A stretch of DNA of 35,514 nt, taken from Conidiobolus incongruus B7586 (Eukaryota). The translations under genes were made by a program, and so were the position numbers. Every line of letters starts with the position of its first letter. Position 1 is the stretch's first letter. Under the pieces are notes generated by a model. It saw nothing but the letters and a program-made list of their open reading frames with translations, was not told the DNA's origin and made no database searches. The stretch is taken from contig JNEM01013035.1 of the NCBI GenBank assembly GCA_000697335.1, positions 1-35,514 on the forward strand, in the 5' to 3' direction. This document shows, piece after piece, positions 23,113-33,864 of this stretch.

Positions 23113-26100
23113 TTAGTTGATATTGATATATTGAATATAATGAGATAAATTTCCAATCGATTATATTACTTAGTTATAGCTGTATACAATCAAAATCATG
23201 AATTCAACTTAAACATAAATTAATACATATTTAACCTTATAAACAACCATATATTATCATTATTAATTAAACCAATTTCTAATAATTTCAGTTTTATAAA
23301 AATAAATTGGGCAAATATTGTATATTGTTATTCATATCAATTATTTTTTATTCGATTAATTCTCAATTTTTATATTCGAAACACAATCTTAGTATAATAT
23401 TTCAAATTTTCTTTTCAATAATTATTTTAGAATTAATTTTCTTTATTGTAAAATTAATGTGTATGATTTTTTTCAAATTAATGTTGATTAATAACGACTT
23501 TATCAGTATAAATGTATGGATTATTGAATCTAATAATAACAATCTGTTTAGTATCAAATATTCAATAAATTTTGAATTAATTTGTATAATAATTGGATTA
23601 AATTAATTGGCTCATTATAAGCTATTATAGAATGGCTCTTTATATAATAATTGACAAATTCAGTAATATATTTGACGGTTTGAGTGAATGAATTTTATCA
23701 GATTTCGCATATCTTTTAATAAGGTGCTCTTTATTCATTGAATTACATTATTATATACCCAGTTTAATATTAATACCCAATATCATTCTTTCAAAGTTAA
23801 AAATATTCATTTTTATCAAATGTTAATAAATAGTATTAATTGTATAATTAAGATTTTATATTTACTTTGTAACAACAATTGCGCAGAAATCTATCAAGTC
23901 TTATTCAAACAAGCATATTCAAATTGTTTATTTATTTTTAATTATATAATAATTAAATAATATTTGAAAAAATTATTGAGTTTATATAAATTACATAAAA
24001 TTGTCAAAATAGCTAGCTTATTTATTAGTAATTATTCTATATAAAATTTATTATTATGGATATAATTTATTTTTAAATCTATAAATTTAATCAAAATTAA
24101 AAAAAAATTACTTATTTTATAAATTTATATTTTCAGGTATTATTTACTAACTCAATAAATATTGATAAAATAAGAATTATAAACAACATTTACATAGGGT
24201 ATAATAATAATAATAACCATTGATATTTAGTGATAATTCTAGAATTTGAAATGATACAATGTTTACAACTTGGCGCTTAATACTGAATTGAAAGTTTCAA
24301 AATTTCATAGTTTAGATTATTTACAAATTTTAAATTGAAAATAATTAATTCTAACAGGTTATTAATTGACGTTTGGAGGATTTAATATAGAAAACACTAA
24401 TTTATGAATTAGTTAATAGTTAATTTATATAAAATATGTGGCATTTCATTAAAGAGATTGGATGGATTATTATTTTAGACAAATATGATCATCCAAAATT
24501 TTAATTAATGATAAAATTATTTGATTAATGTAACATAATAATTAATATTATATAAGATATAAACAATCTACCTTTATTATTTCAAAGTGATTATTATATT
24601 ATTATTAAACCATCACAAATGGCTAACTTTAGTATTAGAAACAAGTTTATTTGAGATCAATTTTTGTCTTAACATTATTTTAGCGAAATTTTACACTATT
24701 ATAGCATGTATCATTACCAAAATAGGTAAATATGTCAAAAGACATCAAGTATAAGGCTTAAAATGTCAATTTTCATAATTAAACATATTTTTTATACACG
24801 AAATTTTAAAGTTTGAAAATTGTTATTGATTGTACTTAATCTTTTTATAAATTGGCTTCTTTTATAATGACATATATAATAATTTGTTTAATAGTTTGAA
24901 TTTTGAATATAATTTGATGACAGTGTCTTAATTATTAATAAAATAGATTATTGGTTGATAAAAGCTTAGCGTCAATAACTCTATGTTATCCAATCTAGAT
25001 TATCATAAAATTTAGAAATCATAATAAACATCAATAACAAAATATATCATACCAATGATAAATTTTTATAATATAAAATAATTTCTTATTCATTTAATTA
25101 TTTTAAAAATAGAATAATATAAATGTCTATTTTCTAAATAATTTGAAACCCACGGCTAATCAATTTAACTATGCTGTGACCAAATTTCTGAAAAAGTTTT
25201 AGGTTGGGAGGAATTCATTACATATTTGATATTTATTTTAATTGTGTAATTCAAATATTTAATTGACAAGTTGCTAAAGTATTAATTCTTAAAATAGATG
25301 ATAATATTATTCAACAGTGTCATAATTACGTGATTAATGTTATAATTGATGAATACTATACCCAATATACATGATTATCCACAATTTTTATTTACACATT
25401 TCAATTCTTGACAAATATTTGGCTTCTAAATTCAGATAACAAATAATCATCAAAAATTGAATTAAAGCATTATTGAAATATTATTATGAATGACGATTAT
25501 TATCATAAGCTTGATAAACTTAATAATATTAACAACTATAATAAAATGAGTTAAACCAATATAATAATATGAATAATAGTAATTTAATAACCCAAAATGA
25601 TAAATTATAAAATATTTAAAATAATAATTAATAATAATAATATAAAATTTACAAAAAATAAAATTACAAATTTAGAAATTTACAATTTAATTAAAATTAA
25701 CTTGATGAAAATTTTTTGATTTAAAATTGAGGTAAAATTTTTAAATTGAGGAAAATTTGTTAAAAGTGAAATAATTATAGCTCTAATATAAATAATTGCT
25801 TATGAATATTAGAGGATTAAGTGAATTTGTGAGTATTATCAATCTTTCAATAAAACTGTCAAATTTCTTATAGTTATAAAACAAATTAATAATATTATAA
25901 AATTTTGATTAAATTTTTATCAAGTTATTAAAATTATTTTTAGTTGCATAAAACCTCGGTAATAAATTTGAGGATCTAATTGGTCCAAATTAATTGAATA
26001 TTTTAGTTAAAATTTGCTTGAAAATATATTCAATGCAAAAATTGACAATTTGTGATTATTAAAATTGATTATATTATAAGTTTAATAGTTTGAAAAAATA

Positions 26101-28237
26101 ATATTAAAGATAATTAAAATATTTTTTAGAGGTTTCAATAGTAACTAGTATTTACGCTTTCATTAATCATATATTATGCTTCAAATTAAAAAAAATTAGA
26201 AATAGTCAATTACTTAATTGAGTAAATTTTTCAATATTGAATTAATTCAATAAACTAAAAAAATTACTGATAATTGATAAAGTTTATAGCTAAATTAATA
26301 TATATATGTATATATATTCAAATTATCTTATAACTTTAATAGTTTTAACCTAACTATGTGATATTGATAAAATAACCGATGCAGTATTAATATCATGAGA
26401 TTTTTTTGTATTATTTGATATAATTTATTATAGTTTTATTCATATATAAATTTCTAAATAACTTAATCAACTTGAATAAGAATAGTAAACTTTTTAAGAG
26501 AATTAGTACTATTATAATTACAATTAACACCAAATTACAAAAAAATATTATATTAAATCCTAATAATATGATTTGAGAACAAATATAAATATAATATCAT
26601 AATATTGAATGATTGATTCTATATTGGTTTAATCATGAAAATGAGATTGATTATAAATAAATTGGAGTATTATATAAAAAATCATGACGAATAAATATAC
26701 CATACTCATTATATAAATTGACAATGCTTTTGATTTATTTTTATAATCATAAATCTAACTTGAATAGTATTAAACCTAATATGATCACTTACACTTTGTT
26801 TTAAAAAGTTAATTAAAACAGTAATAATAACCAGATGTAATTTATACTAACCAAAGAGTGGGGTATTGAAGTTTATAATTTATTTAAATTAATAAAACTA
26901 CCCATTCTCCTCTTCATCTCAAGTAAGCTAAATGAGAATAACTAAGTTAAAGGAAATATATTTGCAAATATTTTAATTAGTATTAAAATTTGAAATTTGG
27001 TAATTCGAAATAAGGCGAACTTGTGAAATTTCCTAAATAAAGTTAAGGATCTGAATGATTTCCCTGTTTATAACAAAATCAAACTAAATAAAAGAGAGCG
27101 ATCCAATCAAGTTAGAGTATAAAATTTAATTCATGTAGAAATGGGTATGATTGCTAATCCTTACGTTAGGATCTATTCTAAACAAAGATATTTTCAACAA
27201 TTACATAATGACTCAATAGTTGGGTAATTTTGCTAACATATTGGGCTTTCTAAATATTGATTTATCTGTATTTTAATTTAGCAGGCTTTTCAGCCAATCT
27301 GATGCAATTAAATAGGCATGGTGACGAGATAATCATCAACTTGGATTCATTTCAAAACTTTGGAATTGTACCATTTTTGGATGACAAGCGATCAATTTGG
27401 GCAAGTAGTCAATATCAAATCAATTAGTTGGTCATTAATGAGTGTGTTATGGGCATAAAACAGAGTTTGAAGTAAAGTGTACTACAAATATTAGAATAAA
27501 ATTAGAGAATATTGGCCAAAATATTACATAATTTGTATCTTTTCAAGATTTTTTTTGTAGTAATGATGCTTTGTTTGAGCTAATGGTTCTCTAACAGGAT
27601 ATTCTGGCCATCATCACTTTAAAAATCTCCATGACCGTTAGGATATTTGAAGCAATGTCATTGGATATTAAACTAAATAGGCCAATAGTTAAATTTAAAA
27701 TAAGAAAATTACTTGCAGCTTGTCAAATAAGAGCAATTAGGCTGGTTGGTCATTATTTAGGTGAAAGATCAACTGGAAAAACGAAGAGAAAGTCAGCCAA
27801 TGAGCGTTTGAGAGGGTTGAAAATGATTCAGGGGATGGACAAAAATGTTTACTGATATAAATCTTATTTCTAACATTTTCAGTCCAATTCAATGCAGTTT
27901 CCTATTATGTCATTTGGTTCATTTAAATTCCAATTGAATTCAACCATTTACTCTTTCCCCCTTCCTCTCCCCTGAATAGCTCAGAGTACAAATTGGGTAT
28001 AAGCTGCTTGTTGAAGGAATTTTATCTTCATACTCTTAAAGTCTCTTAGATCTCGCTCTTTTTGTATTTGTGACATTAGGTGGTTCTCCCTTTTTAATTG
28101 GCACTAGTTTACTCTTCCATTCAAACGGCTTATTTCTTTTTTCTTTCTAAAATACACACTTAAGTGTTATCTATATATTTTGCACTATTCATATCTTTTC
28201 ACTTTTATTCTTGAATTGATCTTGTCTTGTAATTAAA

Positions 28238-29607
28238 ATGGTTGGTGCTACTCCCTGTCCTCCTTCAAGAAGAAAATTTGATCATGCCGTGACAGTAGTT
28301 CGTCATTTACCTACTTCATTAAAATTACAGAGTGACGACCGTTTAAAGGTGCGTATAAATATATCTTATATTTCTTTATTGTCTAATATACTTTATCTTT
28401 CCTAATAGCTTTATGGGTTATATAAACAAGCCTCGGAGGAATTTACTCCTAAAAAGAAGCCGCGAAATAAGGATTGGTTATCACAAGCCAAATGGTACTA
28501 ATAATTTCTTTTAAAATATAATAACTCAATGGCTCGGCAATTTTTTACTTACACCATATATTATTAGGGATTCATGGAAAGAAGTCTCTCATTTAACTCA
28601 AGAGGAAGCTCAAGAAGAATATGTAAGAACCCTTGTTGAGGTAACACAAACTTTAAACGTGTTTTTACTCTTAATATTAACTTTCTCACCCTAGTTTTTA
28701 AAATCCTTTCCTGAGAGGCAACAGGCTGTGGACTTGGTTTCAGGCTTGGAGAGAAGTCTTCGTCTGACAGACTTTCAACTCGGAGTGTATCCTTCCTGGC
28801 CCCGCTCTACTCCACGCACGAAACGCTTTCCAAAATCTTGTTCCGCTGAACTTAACCAAACCAAAAGAGAAGCCATCCTCCAATATTGCCGTGACTCGGC
28901 TATTTACTTGCCCACAACTGACGGTGATGGTCACGATTCTATTCTCACCGACAATCCTCTAGATTCAACATTAAACACCGACATCCTACCTGATCAATAT
29001 CCCCAATATTCCAATCAAATACATCTCATGCACAATCAAAGTTTTAATGACCCTGCTGTCCCGGAGTCACCAATATCAAATGCAACAGAAATCCCAGACG
29101 ACTGTTCTGAGGATTCTTACGCATCTTCAGACGATGGTGAGAGCCTCTCCACTGTCACCATCCGCGCAAGTAACCACAGGTATTACCGAAGCCCTGCAGC
29201 CTCAGATAGACACGACTCTGTTGATTCTGGACTAAGCTCCGAAGCTGAGCTTGCACTTGAGTCTTTACAGTCACAAGTAGCCGTTCTGAACCAAAAAATT
29301 GATCTGCTTAAGCAAGACCTCAGGCAGACCGAAGTGATTCGTGCTCCCATAAGACCGTTTTGGCAAAGATTTTCCATGGATTGGCTTAAGACAGCAGCCT
29401 TGAATTTCTTCATTGGGGTGATTATTTTGACCCAATTCTATCGTATTCGATCCGTCCATCATCGATCAATTATTGTCTATTATTTCAACTATATAAATGC
29501 TTGCTGCCGTCGGTTTATTGGTAAATAATATTCTATATACATAAAATATTATGTATTAACTATTATATTTAGAAGCAGGACGAAGACTAATATCAAAAGA
29601 TTCTTAA
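28238..29607 (+). CDS. Acyl-CoA-binding domain protein with coiled coil and C-terminal transmembrane segment (ACBD4/5, Atg37-like); exons 28238-28348, 28409-28494, 28568-28640, 28695-29520, probable last exon 29573-29607 (or stop at 29528 if the last intron is retained)
   Basis: Spliced translation KFDHAVTVVRHLP...DRLK|LYGLYKQAS...P..KDWLSQAK|WDSW...EEAQEEYV is the ACBP signature. Introns 28349-28408, 28495-28567 and 28641-28694 are GT-AG and join in frame to the 28728-29528 ORF. Coiled coil LESLQSQVAVLNQKIDLLKQDL; hydrophobic segment WLKTAALNFFIGVIILTQFY. Confidence 0.85.
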
Positions 29608-31061
29608 TTGTATAGTGTACTATTCTTCACACTATTCAATTTTTGTATTTTATATATATATATATACATATTTAAAATTATCTTAATCAACCAGCTTAAT
29701 TGATTATATTTAAATTTATAGTTAACTAAAATTAAAATCATTACTATTCCATTATATGAAAATTTATTGTTCTAAATATATGAAAATTTGTACTATTAAC
29801 TATTGGATCCCAAGTTGGAAACTATCCACTTAATCCTATTATTCCCACTAAAGAACCCTGGACTATCCCAGAAAAACTACCAAGCTTAAATGAATTAATG
29901 ATGTGACCGACTAGACCGAATGATCTTTGATATATGATTTGACGAAGATATATCAAACAATCCAATTAGTCAATTAATGCTAAAACTCTTATAAAAATTA
30001 CTATTTGGTTAAACTACAAAATAAATTAGTTGTAAATTTAAAACTAATTGACTCTGATAAAACTAGAGCTAAAATTTCATTTAACAAGTTCTCTAACTCT
30101 ACCAATTTTAACTCTGATGATTTCACAATTGGCTCAATTTAACTCAATTTGCAACTTTTCTTCACTTTTCCATCAACCTCGAGTATATTTTAATTTTACC
30201 CCTATATTTTATATTCTATATAACTTCCCCCACACTTAATAAATAAATCTAAACAACTCTCAAATTTTGGCACATTTTTTTAATTTCGTGTCATAAATTC
30301 ATCCAATTTTTCAATTTCTTGTTCAACACTTGCAAAGATTAATTGTATCAAAGTCTAAATAGAGTAATCTTACTAGACATATTTAAAATTTTGAAGTTTT
30401 AATACAAGTGCAAATCTAGTATAATTTTTCAAATTTCAGCTTGAAACTTGATAAGACATTTAAATTCATCATCATTCAAATATTTAGCTTTTCCATTTAA
30501 CCTATTATTATTGCCAAATTGGACAATTCAAATTTAGATTGATATTGTGAATTTTCAAAAAAAAAAGTTGTTAATCTTTAAAAATATTATTATCGAATGT
30601 AGTTACAGCATATTAATAACTATAAAATATTAATTACAAAAGATAATAAATATATCAGTATTACGATTAATCAATGTCATTTTTAATTTAAGTTGATTTA
30701 TATGAATAAATAAAAAAAATATTATTTATAACCAATAAAAATATGGAAATCAAATCAAATTAAAAACAATTAGTGAAACCAGTAACAAATCAAAACTATT
30801 ATACTTATTAATGAATATCGTCATAATGAAATTATCAAAGTAAACAATTTTTTTATACTTTTTTTATTAGATTTGTAATATATTTTTCGTTATTTATTAT
30901 ATCATAGTATCAATGAAATTTTAGATTTTATTCCTATTTAACTATGGTGATGATTTAATAGTGATAGATAAAATTATAGTAATTCAATAAATTTATTTAT
31001 TTAATTAGGTTATCAATATCAATGTATATCAATTTTAAAATTGTTATCACATCATTCTTTC

Positions 31062-31212
31062 TAACTATATGTTTTTTTAAATGAAACCTGGGCAAGATGT
31101 CATGTCCATGTAATATTGATTTCTAGCTATACTAAATATATTATGTATTTTTAGTCAAAAAAGGGAATTAGGTTATAATAGTGCACAGGTTTCATTTAAA
31201 AAAATATAGTTA
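31062..31212. mobile_element. MITE-like element, about 150 bp, with about 31-33 bp terminal inverted repeats
   Basis: Left arm TAACTATATGTTTTTTTAAATGAAACCTGGGCA (31062-31094) versus reverse complement of the right arm (31182-31212) TAACTATATTTTTTTAAATGAAACCTGTGCA. TA dinucleotide at both ends; no coding capacity. Confidence 0.6.
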
Positions 31213-33024
31213 TAAAATATCAAAAATTTTAAATAAAAATTTAACATTTATTTATAAATATTATATAATAAAAATCTATTCATTGTATTTTATGCTATTA
31301 TTTCATAATATACCTAAAAAATTTTAATAAAATATAAAATTATTATAATTAGTATTTTTTTGAAAAAAAAATTAAAATTTATAATATTACTTAGTATATT
31401 TAGAAATAAAAAATTTAAGGATTTTCAAAAACAAAGTAATTAATCATTTTTTAATGATTTATATCCTTATTGAATTTCTAATAGTATTTAACCCTTTTAT
31501 GATAAAGTTGTCAATTCCCTCAAAAATAGTATTAAATTGAAGGTCAATTCAATTTCAGATGAGAATACAATAATTGATTGCTGTGTATTATCATGATGCA
31601 TTCAACATTACACATTTCTATATTGGGACAATTTCCATCAATATGCATAGTTTGGTATTATGAACACAATTGTTAGTAATTTTGAAATAAAAATTTACTT
31701 GGTTTAATGTTATGTTGCTTAATTTAGTTTTCGTTATGATATATTGGTAAGAGAATATGTTGATAAATTGTTTTGTGTAAATTATTAGTTATTATATCAT
31801 AAATTATTGATTATATATTTCTCAATTATATTTCATATTCAATATTGGTTTAAATGACCATATTAAGGTTGAAAATGACTTTGAATTAGATCATATTAAT
31901 AGACTTATTCAAATATAAACTTTGCCATAATCCTGATATAATTACTATATGATAACATTAATGGATATCTATTATTTTTGAATATGATAAAGTAGTTCAT
32001 ATTAACTTGATTACTATGAATTTAACCATTCATGAAAAGAGAAAATAATATTAACCACAATTTATTATAAGTAATAGACCCACTTCTATAAGCTTGGAAA
32101 AATACTTTTTTGATGTTCTTAGCTATTAAATCCAGAAATAGCAGCTATAAGATTATATCAAATAGCCCTTTTGAATTGATGAAAATCAATAAAATTTCAA
32201 ATGGTTTATATTCACAGACCTGGTTATATAAATAGTTTGATTCAAAAAGTAGAAAGATGGATTATATAATTCCACAGAATAAATTTTAATTTTCAATTCA
32301 GCTTATTATTAGTTAAAGGACAAATAATGACTTTATAATATCAAAAACATTTGAATCAATCATATTCCATTGAAGGTTGTATTGATTGAATCAATATAAC
32401 AGAAGTATTATAAAAAACAATACAATCAAATTATAAATTGGAAAATATATTTTATATTTGTATATTAATAAAATAACAATTATATAAATCGAAATATGAT
32501 CAATGAACTTTAATTGAATAGTGAATTATCATGCGATGGAAAGTATACAAATACTTGTGAGTTGAGATATTTGTACATTGAGCAAAATAAGCTTTAAAGC
32601 ATAATTTTTTATTGTTGTTATATGGACTTTAAAATATGAAGTTAGATTAAATAATATGGTTAATTATTATAAATGGAAAAATGAACACCATTTTTATACA
32701 ATTAAATTCCAATAGCTTATTTGAATTAAAAATACGATATATATAATAAAATACTATACAAAATATTATGGAATAAAATAATGGGATGAATTTGCTACGT
32801 GTAAATAAATAAACCAAAATAGAATTGATCAGGATGGACCAATTAGAATTAACCACCTAAATTCCTACTAATTTATTTTATAATAGTTTTCATCATATAA
32901 ATAAAGTCAATTAATTCTTATTAAAAATTTCCAACAAAAATAATCGTAGAAACAGTCCAATACAATTAGAAAACTCCAGTATTATTAAATCTGATTTATA
33001 TAATTAAGTGTATTTATATTGCCC

Positions 33025-33864
33025 ATGTTCCCCTTTAAACAGTATATTCAACCAACTTACCACTTTGATCAATTAGATAACAGCCAGGGGAACATGGGCG
33101 CTTCACAGCAACAATTATCTGAACAGCCACTAACACCTGAGAATAGCGATCAATTTTGTTCTTCTTATATGCATCATAATTCTGTTCAAACTCCACCCAG
33201 CTATGAGCCTTATTCACCAAGTCATAGTCCACCAGTATATAAGCGCAAGAGGTGCAATCGAAATAGTCAAGCCTTTCTCACTTCCAGTTCACCAAAGCGT
33301 AGCTCCACTTCTACTGATCTAAGGAAGAGGAAAAGCCTCTGCAATTCAAATTTAACAAGAGAGCATAATACTGAACTTAAGCTACAGAACCAATTATTGG
33401 AAGAGAGAATGAAGAAGTTGGAAAAGAGTAATTCTATGGCTCATGAGCGTTTGAACTATTTAATGAATCAGGTAAATAATATTCAAGCTAAGCTTTCTGC
33501 CATCTCCACAGTCCAGTCAACCAATAATACAACAACCCGTGGTTTTGAAGCGTCGGCAGCACGCTTCAAGAGGGAACACTTTTCAGATTCTCGTTCCCTT
33601 TCCCTGCAGCGGAGACTACACTCGCCTTCCAAGAAGGCGCTCGACAGGCCAGTTGGAATTGGTTTCGAAGCAACGCCAAAAGAGTTCAACCAAATATTTT
33701 CAACTTCCTTTCATTCAATCTCCAAAATTGTTCTAAGCTTATTAACCTCATATCAGTTGGGATCTCGACTATGTCTGATAATGTTAGTTATGCTGAAACT
33801 TCAGCAATCTAATCGTCTTCCCCACAATCCTGATACCTCTTCTTATTCAAGTGACTCTCATTGA
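33025..33864 (+). CDS. HAC1: HAC1/XBP1-like leucine-zipper protein; unspliced form 279 aa (stop 33862-33864), predicted IRE1-spliced form 245 aa (33025-33556 joined to 33607-33812)
   Basis: Heptad zipper L-KLQNQL-L-EERMKK-L-EKSNSM-A-HERLNY-L-MNQVNN-I preceded by basic patches PPVYKRKR and RKRK. Twin IRE1-type hairpins lie downstream of the zipper, and the unspliced frame has a hydrophobic tail. The canonical bZIP N-x7-R basic helix is not recognisable, which lowers confidence in orthology. Confidence 0.7.
   Translation: MFPFKQYIQPTYHFDQLDNSQGNMGASQQQLSEQPLTPENSDQFCSSYMHHNSVQTPPSYEPYSPSHSPPVYKRKRCNRNSQAFLTSSSPKRSSTSTDLRKRKSLCNSNLTREHNTELKLQNQLLEERMKKLEKSNSMAHERLNYLMNQVNNIQAKLSAISTVQSTNNTTTRGFEASAARFKREHFSDSRSLSLQRRLHSPSKKALDRPVGIGFEATPKEFNQIFSTSFHSISKIVLSLLTSYQLGSRLCLIMLVMLKLQQSNRLPHNPDTSSYSSDSH
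33557..33606 (+). other. Predicted non-spliceosomal (IRE1-cleaved) 50-nt intron
   Basis: 5' hairpin: TTGAAGCGT (33545-33553) / loop CGGCAGC (33554-33560) / ACGCTTCAA (33561-33569). 3' hairpin: TTTCC (33599-33603) / loop CTGCAGC (33604-33610) / GGAGA (33611-33615). Both loops fit the 7-nt CNG'CNGN consensus, giving cuts after G33556 and G33606. Confidence 0.85.

Noticed and set aside
22826..29200. CTGCAGC heptamers in the WBP4-like gene (about 22826-22832) and the ACBP-domain gene (29194-29200) as IRE1/RIDD sites
   Set aside because: The flanking bases do not pair to close a 7-nt loop, unlike the two sites at 33554 and 33604.
29805..29960. GC-elevated patch (PTKEPWTIPEKLPSL in one frame; ATGATG words) as a small gene or C/D snoRNA
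   Set aside because: Short frame with no supported start or splice sites; no canonical C box paired with a terminal D box.
16450..32856. Intergenic ORFs 16450-16638, 23307-23606, 27631-27855, 30048-30239 and 32647-32856
   Set aside because: Short, mostly I/F/N/K/L-biased translations expected from AT-rich DNA; most lack an ATG start and none has a recognisable domain.
8170..33024. TTG/GTG start positions in the ORF track (8170, 14818, 18071, 18973, 28728, 33019)
   Set aside because: Eukaryotic locus; the true starts are downstream ATGs, or the ORFs are internal exons.
33267..33323. Possible spliceosomal intron GTCAAG...CTGATCTAAG that might repair the bZIP basic region
   Set aside because: The donor does not match the GTA/GTG donors of the other introns here, and removing the segment does not give a canonical basic helix.
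22429..33736. Overlapping ORFs 22429-22620, 22678-22953, 28740-28934, 29047-29235, 29183-29413, 29271-29462, 33035-33232, 33483-33689 and 33539-33736
   Set aside because: Antisense or off-frame shadows of real genes. 33539-33736 is not the frame entered after the predicted 50-nt splice.
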